64,000 nt of DNA from Epiperipatus broadwayi (Eukaryota > Animalia > Onychophora), in contig JAQFVV010000002.1 in NCBI GenBank assembly GCA_028023455.1, positions 8,122,001 to 8,186,000 of the forward strand. Reading direction: 5' to 3'. Within the stretch, counting starts at the first letter, position 1, and every line of letters begins with the position of its first letter. The position numbers and the translations under genes are program-made. Below, one piece after another: positions 39,251 to 51,949 of the stretch. The notes below the pieces were generated by a model. The model saw only the letters and a program-made list of their open reading frames with translations. It was not told the origin of the DNA and searched no databases.

Positions 39251-40180
39251 TTATCATAGTTGAATAATTTTATAGTTTAAAATGATTATTAAAACTCTTA
39301 AGCTAATTGGTAAGAAAACTTTTCATGTTAGAAATATTAATTTGTCATATCGAAAACGTGGATAAGAACCACGGATTCAAATAAATGAAAATGAAATTAA
39401 TGTTGTTTTAATTATTATAAAAAATGGGAAGTTTATGTTACTTCCAAAAAAAATTATAGAAGTAATTATTCTTATTAGGAGAATACTTGAATATTCTGCT
39501 ATAAAAATTATAGCAAATCTTCCTCTTCTATATTCTGTGTTAAATCCTGAAACTAATTCACTTTCACTTTCTGCAAAGTCAAAAGGAGCTCGATTAGTTT
39601 CAGCTAAAATTGAGGAGAATCAACAAATAAATAATGGTAAAAGGATAATAAAGTTTCAGATTAATAATTGAGAATTATCAATAATTATAAGGTTATATCT
39701 TTCTGATAAAAAAATAATGGTTAATAAAATGAGAGCTAATCTAACTTCATATGAAATGGTTTGAGCAACTGCTCGTATTGTCCCAAGTAAGGAAAATTTT
39801 GAGTTTGATGATCATCCAGCTATTATTATAAAATAAACTGTTATTCTTGTTATGCAAAGGAAAAATAATAATGCAAAATTAAAATTTATTGGGTTTCATT
39901 TTATTGGGATTAATATTCAAATAAATAGTGAAATAATAATTCTTATTGTTGGTGCAATTAGGAAAGTTATTCGATTTCTTAAATTTAATCATCTATTTTC
40001 TTTACAGAAAAGTTTTATTGCATCACTAATTGGTTGTAGAATTCCAATTAAACTAATTTTGTTTGGACCTTTTCGAATTTGAATATATCCAAGAATTTTT
40101 CGTTCAAGTAATGTTAAGAATGCTACTCTAATTAGAATAGAGATTAATAGAATTAAGTAGAAAATTAATGATAAAATCAT
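39251..40180 (-). CDS. nad1: NADH dehydrogenase subunit 1 (NUMT copy, frame intact)
   Basis: [54 protein letters not shown]; 930 nt from ATG to TAA. Confidence 0.96.
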
Positions 40181-40223
40181 ATTTACGAAACTTAAATTCG
40201 TTACATTTTTCTGACATGAAATT
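40181..40223 (-). tRNA. trnL2: tRNA-Leu(TAA), ends 4 nt after the anticodon arm at the nad1 ATG
   Basis: D region TCAG-AAAAA-TGT; anticodon arm ACGAA-TTTAAGT-TTCGT (40,201-40,185). Confidence 0.75.
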
Positions 40224-40260
40224 TGTTTAGTGTAAATAAACTGCTTTTTGCTTTTAGGTT
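40224..40260 (-). tRNA. trnV: tRNA-Val(TAC), ends about 1 nt after the anticodon arm
   Basis: Anticodon arm GTTTA-TTTACAC-TAAAC (40,241-40,225). Confidence 0.7.
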
Positions 40261-40300
40261 TGATTTACAAAATCAATATGCTAATTTATTTGGAACTATT
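40260..40300 (-). tRNA. trnT: tRNA-Thr(TGT), ends at the anticodon arm
   Basis: Anticodon arm TTGAT-TTTGTAA-ATCAA (40,276-40,260); trnV follows immediately. Confidence 0.65.
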
Positions 40301-40345
40301 TAGTTTTTATAATATTGATTTGTGGAATCAAAGATTAATTGAAGG
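40294..40345 (+). tRNA. trnH: tRNA-His(GTG)
   Basis: Anticodon arm TTGAT-TTGTGGA-ATCAA (40,315-40,331), directly upstream of nad5 (ancestral trnH-nad5 link). Confidence 0.75.
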
Positions 40346-42050
40346 GTTTAGGTTTAAATTTAGTAAGAATATTTTGTTTATTTTTTTTTGAATTTTATTT
40401 ATTTGTAGAATTCGTTTTTGTAATGAAAAGCTTGTTTATGTTTTTGAAATTGAATTATTAGAAGTTAATTCTAGAAGAATTATTATAACTATAATTTTTG
40501 ATTGAATATCAGTAATGTTTATAACTGTAATTTTTCTTATTTCTGGATCTGTTATAAAATTTAGATGTGAATATATAATTGAAGAAAAAAATAAGTTACG
40601 TTTTTGTATTATTGTAGTTTTATTTATTATTTCTATAGTTTTTTTAGTTGTTTCACCAAATTTGATTTCTATTTTGTTAGGATGAGATGGTTTAGGGTTG
40701 GTATCTTATGTCTTAGTAATTTATTATCAAAATAGGAAATCAAATAGGGCTGGTATATTAACAATTTTAAGAAATCGAATTGGGGATGTTGCTTTTTTGA
40801 TTTGTATTGCATTTATACTAAATCATGGTAATTGGAATTATTTTTCAATGAGTTGGTTAGATATAAATATTATTAATGTTATGATTATATTAATACTATT
40901 AGCTGGAATTACTAAAAGTGCTCAAATTCCTTTTTCAGCATGATTACCTGCTGCTATGGCAGCACCAACTCCTGTATCAGCATTAGTTCATTCATCAACA
41001 TTGGTTACTGCTGGAGTTTTTTTGTTAATTCGTTTTTCTGAATTTTTTAGAACAGAAATGTCATTTAAGGTTAGTTTATTATTTATATCAAGGTTAACTA
41101 TGATAATGGCAAGAATTGTTGCTAATTTTGAATATGATATTAAAAAAATTATTGCTTTGTCAACTCTTAGGCAACTTGGGTTGATAATAAGTATTGTATC
41201 ATTAGGATTTTCTACTTTAGCTTTTTTTCATTTATTAACACATGCAGTTTTTAAAGCATTATTGTTTATTTGTTCTGGAAGAATTATTCATAATTTTAAT
41301 CATATTCAAGATATTCGAATACTTGGATTTGTAACTAATCAGTTACCAAAGGTAAGAATTTGTTTAAATACAGCAAATTTGGCTTTATGTGGGATACCAT
41401 TTTTGGCTGGGTTTTATTCTAAGGATATAATTTTGGAAATATATTGTTATAGAAATTGAAATATTATTTCATTTTTTATATTATTTGTTGCTACTTCAAT
41501 AACAGCATCATATTCTATTCGAATAGCTTATTATTCATTTTGAAAAAAAGTTCATTCTAAAAGAATGAACTCTGTTTTTGAAGGAGGAAGAGATATTAGA
41601 GATTCTGCAATAATAATAAGTTTAGGGGCTGTTATTGGTGGGTCAATATTTAGATGGATAATTTTTAGTAGAGTTATTTATATTGAATTAATTTTTATAT
41701 TAAAAATTTTAACATTAATAATTACTTTTATAGGTGGTGGCTACATACTTAGTTTTCAAAAAGAATTTTTTTTAAAAAAAAATATAATAAAAATTTATTT
41801 TTTCTTTTCTCAAATATGATTTTTTCCAAAAATCAGGTCACAAATGTTTATAAAATTAATTATAAAATGAAGAAAATTTTCTTTTGAAAAAATTGATTCT
41901 TTATGAATTGAATCAATAGGACCTCAAAATATTTATATTACTGTGATAAAAGGATCTATAGTATTACAAATTATTCAGAAAAATTCAGTAAAGACGTATT
42001 TATTTAGGATTATTATTATGGTTTCATTTATTTATTTTTTTTTCTTTTAA
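40338..42050 (+). CDS. nad5: NADH dehydrogenase subunit 5 (NUMT copy, frame intact; start approximate)
   Basis: [68 protein letters not shown]; TAA at 42,048-42,050. Confidence 0.95.
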
Positions 42051-42102
42051 CATAGCTCTTAGCATATTGTTGAAGATAATAAGATGCAACAATAAATTGT
42101 TA
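42045..42102 (+). tRNA. trnF: tRNA-Phe(GAA), apparently T-armless
   Basis: D arm GCT-CTT-AGC; anticodon arm TATTG-TTGAAGA-TAATA; acceptor TTAACA/TGTTAG; follows nad5. Confidence 0.75.
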
Positions 42103-42135
42103 GTTAGAAACTAATAATAAACTAATTTAAGAACA
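42085..42135 (-). tRNA. trnS1: Possible tRNA-Ser(TCT)
   Basis: TTAG-TTTCTAA-CTAA arm on the minus strand (42,114-42,100); rest of the fold uncertain. Confidence 0.35.
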
Positions 42136-42165
42136 ATAAATTGTAAATTTATTTTAAATTTTTAT

Positions 42166-42190
42166 GACTCGCCTTTTTTTTTGGCGAGTC
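42166..42190. promoter_or_regulatory. GC-rich stem-loop with T9 loop in the non-coding region (putative replication-origin hairpin)
   Basis: GACTCGCC-TTTTTTTTT-GGCGAGTC: a perfect 8-bp stem in otherwise very AT-rich sequence. Confidence 0.65.
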
Positions 42191-42312
42191 GATGTAAAAA
42201 AGAATTTGTATTTGTATGTATTAGTATTTTTTTGATATAAATTTTATTAGAAAATAATGAGATATTGGTTATTTTTTACTAAGAAAAGTTTTTTTAATAG
42301 TATATATTGAAT

Positions 42313-42364
42313 ATGTTTGTATATTTAAATTATAAAATTTAATTTGCGTTTAAAAGTTGAATGA
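42313..42364 (+). tRNA. trnA: tRNA-Ala(TGC)-like
   Basis: Anticodon arm TTTAA-TTTGCGT-TTAAA (42,338-42,354). Confidence 0.5.
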
Positions 42365-42425
42365 GTATTTGTAAGCAATTTGCTTTTAATTGTTAATTAA
42401 TTTAGTTAGCCAGATTTGGTGTACA
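42365..42425 (+). tRNA. trnN: tRNA-Asn(GTT)-like
   Basis: D arm AAGC-AATTT-GCTT; anticodon arm TTAA-TTGTTAA-TTAA (42,386-42,400). Confidence 0.55.
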
Positions 42426-42555
42426 TTGATGATGTATATATATATATATAAAAAGCTTATTGATGCAATTAATATATCAAGGGTACAAATGATTTCGCGC
42501 AAATGCGTAAAATATGAATCGTGTTATTTATATAGTTTTTACTAGAATGTCTTGT

Positions 42556-43700
42556 TGTTTCTCTGCTAAAAACGCAGAAATATGCCGTTTACATAGCCCA
42601 ATATTTCTGTGCTTTTGCAGAGAAACCTACGGTCTATAGAACAGTACTTGTTCATATTAGACGCTCAGCCATATATGGCGTCGCACACCAATATTACGGC
42701 CTGCTAATGTGCTTCGCGACACTGCAAATATGCATACTTAACAGATCGTGATCATATGATGTGAGGGTGGAGGGAATTCAAGTGGCCATAACTGTTGTAA
42801 TATGCATTCTAATTAAAGATCTTACCCCCTACCTGACATAGAATTTGATACTAATAATTGTAACATCGTAGCCGTGCTTCCCTACAAATTTTGGAAGGTG
42901 GAAAACATTGCAAAAGGTCATGGCCAAGCACCTTTTCCCAGAACTCACGCGAATAGCCACGTAAATTACGAGATAAATAAAATATCTGAGGTTGCACATA
43001 GTTTTGGAAATCATAAACTTGGTTTGATCAGTGATGACAAATTATTTGTCAAACCCCCCCCCCCCAAAAAAAAAAAACATTACAATGAGATCAAAACTTT
43101 TTTCAACTTTGGTTTTTTTAAAAAAAATACAGCAACTTTTTTTTGGCTATACAGTGATTTTTGTTGAATACTGCTGATATACTAAAACTTTTCTTTTTAA
43201 AACCAGTTTTTATTAACCTTTTTTTACAAATAAAAACAAACCAAAAATAACTTTTGTCTCTTTTGTCTGAGTGATGACAAATTATCCCCCCCCCAAGTTA
43301 AACTAAGATCAAAACTTTTTCAACTTTGGTTTTCCTTTTTGTTTTTAAAATACGGCGATTTTTGTTTTGGCTTTTATTTGTATTACGCGATGTTTTTAAT
43401 TTTGCCATTTTTGAAAACAAAAATGTACAAATAATTGAATCAAATCTTGTATCGTAAATTATTTACAAGAATGTCAAAATATTGGTAAAAAGTCTTATCA
43501 AATGTTCAAATATTTTTAAAAAAGGTGGAGAAAATGTAAAAATATTTTAATAAAAGTCTGACAAATTGGAAAAAAAATATTTTAATAAAAGTCGGAGAAA
43601 ATGTAAAAATAATTTAATTAAAAATAGTCAGGTCCGGATCGATATAATTGTGCATTTTTAGCAGAGAAACACCACCACCAAGTGGCTGGCCTGATATACC
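42556..43700. mobile_element. Non-autonomous TIR element of the same motif family as the Merlin copy; left end truncated
   Basis: TGTTTCTCTGCTAAAAACGCA (42,556-42,576) vs TGCATTTTTAGCAGAGAAACA (43,651-43,671). The right end extends to a GGTATATC-type terminus (43,700) with no left counterpart. Internal subrepeats at 43,030-43,330. Confidence 0.6.
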
Positions 43701-43730
43701 GGATTTATTTTTATATATTTTTTAATTATT

Positions 43731-44190
43731 TTATTTTTAATTATTATTAAACATATTTTGCAAATATTATGACCTGATTTAGATTTGTCTATAATGTTTT
43801 GTCTACATTTTAATAAGAATAAATATACGCAAATGCTAAAAGTAAAGATTTTGACAGTATATAAACTTAGGTTGATTATACATCATTATTTTATTTTTAA
43901 TTATTATTAAACATATTATAAACATATTTTGCAAATATTATGACCCAATTTAGATTTTTCCATAATGTTTTCTCTGCATTTTAATAATAATAAAAATATG
44001 CAAATGCTAAAAGTAAAGATTTTGACAGTATATAAACATAGGTTGATTATACACTACTGCAATGTAAATTTCAAAGCTGCATATCAAATGCAAAGAGAGG
44101 TGGCAGTTGATGAAGCTATTACTAAATTTATGGTCATAGTAGCATGAAGCAATATGAGCCCTCAAAACCTATAAAGATAGGATAAATAAT
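43731..44190 (+). mobile_element. piggyBac transposase fragment preceded by a ~160-bp tandem duplication
   Basis: LHFNNN..YK..YQMQREVAVDEAITKF(MG)HSSMKQYEPSKPIKIG matches the piggyBac [LV]DE[SA]M..F.GRS..KQY.P.KP.K.G motif. 43,731-43,880 is duplicated at 43,891-44,053. Confidence 0.8.
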
Positions 44191-44857
44191 ATTATATCGC
44201 ACTGACTCTAAACTATTAACTTATGTACCTCAAGCTTAACTCTATCATGAATTTAGTATTTCATTCACATTTTAGTTTATTTTATTTTGTATGACTATTT
44301 TAATAGTACTTTTTAATAAATTACAAACTGTTCTGAAGTTCCTTATTACAATATTCAAATTATACTAATTATTGATTAATATTAACTACTTGTTATAAGA
44401 GATGTTATTAGGGATGACATATACATTGCAAACCCCTGTATGGAAATACATTTTGAAAGGCTACAGAAAAAAATGAAAGGTACTAATGTCTTTATTCTAC
44501 AAAGTTTTCAAGTGATGGATTACTTTAGATAAGTGTTATTATATACTAGTTTTTTAAAAATTTTATGATGAATCCAATTAACCTACTAACAAAAATTTAA
44601 TTTTAAGTTGTATGCATGATAATTTAGAATTTATGAAATAATATGAAAATTATTAGAAATATTAACTTTTATTCTTTTTTTTATTACTTTAAATATCAAT
44701 GACTATATATTTTTCAGCTTTATTACATTCTTTGGTGTTTGATCTTTAAATTAATATATATTATATCATTTTTTATTAATAAAACTTAAAAGATATGATA
44801 AAATTTGTGGCTTAGCATAATTTTTTAAATATTCAATACGGCCGCTTTACCATTGAA

Positions 44858-45058
44858 AAGGTTAATTCAAATATGTATTTATCAGATGATTAAGTTAGGG
44901 GTTTAAATATAAATAACAACTAATGGTTTGTCAATTATAGTACTTCATTTTTATTACTGTAATGTTTAGAAAAGAATGTTATTATGTTGGATCTTGGATT
45001 CGAATTAGGCCAAAGGGTATGTTAATAATACTGAGGGATGTAAGGACCATATCTTATA
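44858..45058 (+). repeat. Uninterrupted copy of the repeat split by the solo-LTR-like insertion at 23,621-25,785
   Basis: AAGTTAGGGGTTTAAAT...GTTTAG|AAAAGAATGTTATTAT...GGATTCGAATTAGGCCAAA matches 23,500-23,620 joined to 25,786-25,880. Confidence 0.8.
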
Positions 45059-46389
45059 ATGGATTAAAAGATTTGTGATGCTAAACATGAAAGCCATACT
45101 TTTATGAAACCACATACAGATGTAGAAATGTTAGTGATGAGATGATAAAAGATTGTTATACCCATGTGTATTAATTTTTATACCTTAAAGTAGTTTGAAT
45201 AGAATGTGAAATAAAGTACTGCCATCCAGAATAAATATTAAATTATTGTATCTTGTACATTTCTTTTGTTTGATATCCACAATATTAAATTTCTATTACT
45301 ATTTCAAATTATTGGAGCCATAGATGAAAGTAATTAATAATAAAAGGAATAGTGAAAGCAATAATCGAATATGAAGAAACACACATAATTCTTATCTAAA
45401 TAGATCACAGAGCTGAGATCTCTCAATACATATATTCTTATCATTAAAATCAGATCGTCCACATTAGGAGATGCAATTTACCATACAAGTGTACTAAATC
45501 AGCATGATTTTTTTTTTTAAGGAAAGACTTCAGGAAACGATCACAGTTAGCAATAAAAAGACTACACTAACAGTAAAAGAAACATTATCTTTAAGCTTTC
45601 TTGTTAATAGAAGGAGAAATAAACCCCATCCTGAAAAAATATTGGCAATAATAAATTTTTCCAGTCCAAGAACAAGAAATTTATAAAAATCCAAATAGTT
45701 TTGTTAACCATGAAATACTAAGTTATGAGTATGGCTATTCTGACTGTAAACATAAAGACATTTTTCAGTTATAAAGAAGAAAAGTTTTTATAGGGATGAA
45801 CATTTAGATATGATGTACAAATTGAGTGGCATGCAGAATATGTAAGTACATTATATTTTAATGGTATAAATACAAGATTACTAAATATTTCCTATGATTT
45901 GAATCTAGTAAAATCAATCCACTACTTTTATTTTTATTATATTGAACATAAGAATAAAATATTTTAGACAAACTTTATATCTTATGCAGGATATTACAAG
46001 GTTATAGATTGTGTAGAAGATAGCCAGATATGTATGTGATTTATATGCTACTATAGAAAGAAATTTGCTGTTAACTGAAAAGAGACCCTTTGATTCCTCT
46101 TGGAAGCCTTAGCAAATTCCTAACATCCATTCCATACATTCTTGTCATTGCAACTGTTATTACTATTCAATTATTCATATAGTATACAAATATGATGGGT
46201 TGTTCATCAACAAACATTGGCAGCATGGCGAGTTTACTGGATATTTACTTGAGAGTTTAAGACCAAGAAACACCATGGTCTTTCTTTTCAGTTACTGATA
46301 GCTCTTTGCTAAAATATCAGCTGAATTTTTCTGAAGGTGGAATGAAAGTGTGTGTGAATGATTTTTTTTTGCCTGATAGATATTTACAA

Positions 46390-48870
46390 TCATGATAAAT
46401 AAAAATAAATCAAGGCCCCTAAACCAAGACTATAAAATCGCCAGCCAAGGCAATAATTGGCGGCAAAAGGCAGACGTTCTAAAAACCACCAGATTGCAGA
46501 CCCAGGCTATCAGTAGATGACCTTTTATTTAGTACTTACAACGGCAGGTCACTTTCACATGAAGGAAGATTGCAAGAATTGGAAGAACTGTTTATCATTA
46601 AATGGGACATTATTGAACTTTGTGAAGTTATAAATGTGAAGGCACAAACATTGAAAATACAAAGTGAAGCAGAATTCATTTAAAATAAAAAAGGGAAGTA
46701 CATCATGGAAATTGGTTGGACACAGTGGCAAGATTAGTTTTAAACTTAATAGCAGATATCAAATTCAGTTAATTCAGATTTTTATAGCCAATAGAAATGA
46801 GAGAGGACATAGATTTGTGGAGTTTGCACAAAAACTTTATATTATAATTCTTTTTTTTTTGAGAAAAATGTTAAAATGGGCATGGAAGCATCCAAATGAA
46901 GAAACAGCAAAATTAGATTATATTTTGACTAACAGAAAATAATGTTATTTCAAGACTGTAATGTCTTTAATAAATTCAGCATAGGAAGTGATAATCGATT
47001 AATAAGATACATGTTAATGCAAAACTAGACAAAAATTACTAAGAAATAAAATAATCACAGTTGATATTCCAAGTCTTCAGAAACACTCCAATCGATTAAT
47101 AAGATACATGTTAATGCAAAACTAGACAAAAATTACTAAGAAATAAAATAATCACAGTTGATATTCCAAGTCTTCAGAAACATTCCAATGAATTTAAATT
47201 AGAAGTTGCAAATCATTTTCGAAAGTATGATTTTGAACATGTTTGAACAAAATCAATACTAAGATAACTAATATATCTTTAAAAGCTGAAACAAAGGCAG
47301 CTGGTACAAAAAAGCATCAATTGACCAGTAAAATTACTATTGAAACAAAGCATTTATGAAAATATATAAGAATGATGCATTAAGAAAGATTGAATATCTC
47401 ATATTTTGTAAAATGGAGCAAAAAAGAATTGATAATGATATGACAAAGTATAATTGTGAATTAACAAGGAAAGTATAGAAAAAAATAAAAGTCTAAAGAG
47501 TATAAAATATTTTGGTATTGGTAGAAAACTTATTTCTGTAATAAGAAAAAAATATGAAACTATTATTAAAAAGAGAGATGACATCATGAAAGATGTAGAA
47601 AAGTTCCATCAAGAATTGTATAGCAATAAAGAATAAGGAAAAGTACCTCCTACATCTACAGTATCTTCTGAATTGACCAAGATTTGAAATGAAGAAGTGA
47701 GACATAAAATTAAATTTACAAAGAAGGAAAAAGCTACAGATAATGATAGAATTATAATCAATACTTTAAAAAAAAGCTGGTGAAAAAACATATTTTTTTT
47801 TGCCAAACTTACCAAATGTCCAAATGATAAAAATGTACCAGCTGATTAAAAACATGCAATATTAATATTTAAAAACAGTGATAAAGAAGATATTAGAAAT
47901 TTCAGACCTATCAGTCTTTTATCAGTTCTATACAAAACTTTTACCAAAATAATTACAACTCGTCTACAGTGAACTTTAGATTTTAACCAACTGAAAGAAC
48001 AAGCTGGATTTAAAAAAGGATTTAGTACAGTGGATCACATCCAAGTATTGAGAGAAGTTATAACAATAAACAATGAATGAGTTGCCATTATGCTTTGGAT
48101 TTACAAATTATGAAAAGGCATTTGATTTTATAAGCATTTCTTCAGTGATTAAAGTATTGGCTCATCAAGATATAGACCCAGGATAGTCATATTCTAAAGA
48201 ATATTTATAAAAATAACAAGAATAATTACATTACATAATGATACAGTTTTGCAAGAAGTATTTTGTGGATTAAAATGGGAAGCTAAGGGAGTAAGGTCAT
48301 TCAGATTTTGCAGATGATGTAGTTGTTTTTAACAAATAATACTTTAGCTTCAGGAAATGTTATCAATAGTTATCAGATGATAATAAAACAAATAGAATTC
48401 AAGGCAAATGTTAAAAGAACTAAAGTAATTAATGTTCAATGGATTTTCTTAAAAAAAAAAAAAAATTGATAATGAAGAGTTAGAAGTTAATAATTACAAA
48501 TATCTTGGTCAGATTATTATTACAGATGAAAACATCGGATAAAATTAATCATAGAATTAAACTTGGTTGGAGTGCTTTTGGTAAAATTTTAATATTAAAA
48601 GAAACAGATGTTACTGACATTATTGAAAAAATTAAGAGACTGAAGTGGAGTTGGGCTGAACATATTGCTAGAAGAGATGATAATACATGTATAGTTGAAA
48701 TCTTAAATTGGGTTCCAAGAGATCGTAAAAGAGCTAGACGGATAAATGAAATGAAAAAGTGTGCTGGGGTGATGTGAAGAAGAGAGGCTAGATATCGGAG
48801 ATGTATTGAATTCAAGACCATCTTGTAGTGGATTGATAATGTTGAAAATGATGATGATAAGATGTAAAAA
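46390..48870 (+). mobile_element. RTE-clade LINE, decayed (endonuclease plus RT)
   Basis: TYNGRSLS..LQELEE..KWDII; NERGHRFVEFA; W..P....KLDYILTN; [17 protein letters not shown]; QAGFKKGFSTVDHI; YEKAFD; RFADD; YKYLGQ; RIKLGWSAFGK; IKRLKWSWAEHIARRDD. Perfect-like 97-bp tandem duplication at 46,993-47,186. Confidence 0.9.
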
Positions 48871-50059
48871 ATAGCGAACATTTTTAATATAAAATAGCAG
48901 TTTATGAATTGGCTCTAGAAAATAATTTCTCAAAAATAGTTATGAGCTGGGTAAGATGAAGTCATACATAGAATTACTTTAGAGGAGAAAAGTCATAAAC
49001 TCATTACAATGATAAAATAATAAAAAAATTGCATTGCATGCAATATTCTAATACTGCAGGACAGTATGAATTTACTATAACTGAAAGAGATCATTATATC
49101 AAGATATGTTAAATAAAAAATAGCTGAAAAACATACAAGAGCAATAAAAACTTCAGGATAATGATGGGAAAGCAAATTCTATCTATCTAATTTATAATTG
49201 TAATAATGACTTAGAAACTTTGATTTTTTAGTGATGAAGATGTCTGTGTTTATGACTTCAGGTTCTAATGGTAGTAAGTATATAAACAGATATAGCAGTA
49301 ACTGAAATAAGACTAACGTGAAAGGTGTAAATTATTATAATCTAGTAATGAAAGTATTGTCTCTAGAAATAACTATAATTCTATTTTTCTTTGGTATCAA
49401 AAAGTTATATTTATTTGGTGTAAAGAAATTGAATGTATTTTCCAATATTATCAGGATCTGCTTATTATTAATACTAATTTTCTTATTAGAGGTTAAATAC
49501 CTCGATAAAAACGATCTACAGTTGACTGGTTAATTTTATTAATAATAGGTAAATATTTAGACAACCTTTTTTTTTTTTTAATCAATTTTTGTTGCCCATA
49601 ATAAAAAAAATATTTTTTTTTTTTAAAGAAAGGGTGGGTATGGTATGAAACACCATGTGGAATACATATTCCATGTGCGTGCGTATTAAGGTCCATATCT
49701 GGACAAGAAGTTTTATTTAAATGGAATTATATAATAGAAATAAAGAGTCATCAATGGATGTGTTAAATGGTATATACATTATAATTTTTTTATAGTTGTA
49801 ATATTTAAAATATGTTATGCCTCATTTGTTAAAATAAAATTAATATTATAAAATTTTAATAATTAATTTATTGATAATTTTATAAAAACATTCTCTTCTG
49901 TTATTTGTATAATGTTAAAGTTGATTTATTGTAATTTTATTAATGTAAAAACATTCATTTATGTGCAACAGACAGTGATTATTTATTAATAAATATTTTA
50001 ATTAGGAGCTAGAAAATAATCCATTATTACATTAATACCTTATTAAGGTGGAAAAGAGT

Positions 50060-51600
50060 TTATAAAAAATAAACAGTGATGGTACACTATTCTGGAAAGA
50101 TTATACTTTATTAGAAAAATTTACAGCTTAATACTGCTTTCAAGCAGGTTGGTCATATTCATAGAAATAATGTAAGTTTATATAAATAGAATTTATAAGT
50201 TAAATAATTTAAAATATATCATTTACATGATAATGCAATGCACGATACTTTCTTGTTTATTACATTGATGTTATTTGCAACAAACCACACCTTTTTATAT
50301 TCTCTTTGTCGATCATTGTACTCAGTGCAAACAACTTTAATATTAAGTGGATTGAAATTGTGGCCAAACTATTTCACATTCTAAAAATATTGACCTAATA
50401 CTGTGATCTGTTTTAACACATTTGCACATGTATTTGTACTGCACTATTCTTGTAACTCAGTCAGCATAAGACTCACCACAGTAAATTGCATTACATGATA
50501 GTTCATTACATTTAATTTTATGAGCTAGTTGGAGAGCTTGGTCTGGAGATAATTTATCTTTAGTGTTGTTCAACATTTGATTAAGAGGTATTCTAAAACT
50601 ATTATTGAATTAATTTGAGCAGATTGTTTCTATCGTTTTAGACATATGCGGTACAAAAGGAAAACTAATCCAAGCATTAATATTGTTAGCAATATTCCTG
50701 GTATTTAAAGATGAATAGAAATTTTCAAGAGTTTTATTTAATATATTAATATTATATCCTGAATTGACCGAGTCTTTTATATAGTTTTCAATGCTATCCT
50801 TTCCGTTCACTTCAAACTTGCATAATATATAGTTACAAGACAAAAAACATTTGACGCCTGCCAATTTATGCAAAATTAGAGCATATGACTGCAGGTGAAT
50901 TACCCCATGAATGTTATTGGATTTTATTATCATTTTATAATCTATTCGTGCATCTAAAGATTGGAGGTATATATCTAAAAACTTTATACCCTTTGATGTA
51001 TCTTCATTTTCTATAGTCTAAACCCAAAAAGATAATTGACATAACTCATCGCATATATCAATAATTGTATTTTCTTTAGCATAAACAAGAACATAGTCTA
51101 CATAGAGCATAAACAAAGGTAATATTACTGTAGAAAACTTTTTTGAAATGACTGCTAATTCAAACTGGTGCAATACTATACTCCAAATTATTCAATTTTA
51201 TGGTAGTCCCATTGGTCAGGCTGTGTTCCATTGTATAAAATCCACTGTTGAAAAGAGCCATAATGTCTCCACCCATCCATTTAAGAGTATCAACAATAAA
51301 ATTTATTTTGTGTTTATTAAAATTTAAATTAATTAAAGAGACACAAATTATACTAATAGATAGTGAGTCTGATACTGAATGATAAAATTCCATTACATCT
51401 AATGAGGCAAATTTATTACTAGGGTTATACATTTACGAATTTAAAATGTGAGCGCATTAAAATGAACATTTTATAGCAAATTTATCGAAACCAACTTGAT
51501 CAATTAACTACTAGACTATTAATTTTGCTTCTTATAAAAATCTAAGAAGTTGATTTCCTTAATGCACCTTTATATTTGTGAAAAACTTGGGGGAATAGAA
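50060..51600 (-). mobile_element. Penelope-like element (RT plus GIY-YIG), decayed
   Basis: Minus strand: FASLDVMEFYHSV (RT motif resembling SFDV.SL), thumb region YNINILNKTL..WISFPFVPH, DKLSPDQ, AIYCGES GIY-YIG motif. Confidence 0.8.
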
Positions 51601-51949
51601 TAGCCTCGCTATTGAGTAAATACTTTTAAACTCAAATTTATTAATTGCTCTGCTTTAATAATGTATTAATATTGAAATAAGAAATTTATCTTTTTCTCCT
51701 TTTGAATTATATTCTTCACGATTTTTTAAATTTTAATTTGTTTATAAACTTTATTCTCATAATCTTCTTTTGATAAAAAAACTAATATATTCTCCATATC
51801 CTCCTTTAAGCATATAATATTATTACAGTGTAAAAATGATTTTCTTTTATTTTATTAGACCAATTTTATTTATTATTATTAATTTTAAATAGATGGAGAT
51901 GTAATACTTGTGCAATTTTACCTATAACATTCTCCCATTGATGTTTATT

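Noticed and set aside
39435-40082. Plus-strand ORFs 39,435-39,671 and 39,852-40,082 as novel genes
   Set aside because: They are antisense shadows of nad1.
42440-42490. tRNA-Cys(GCA) (TATTG-ATGCAAT-TAATA) and Ile- or Lys-like loops at 42,220-42,300
   Set aside because: Only weak anticodon stems in very AT-rich DNA; not enough support to annotate.
45300-46330. Possible transposase or RT remnant
   Set aside because: It looks coding-derived, but no motif could be read confidently in any frame.
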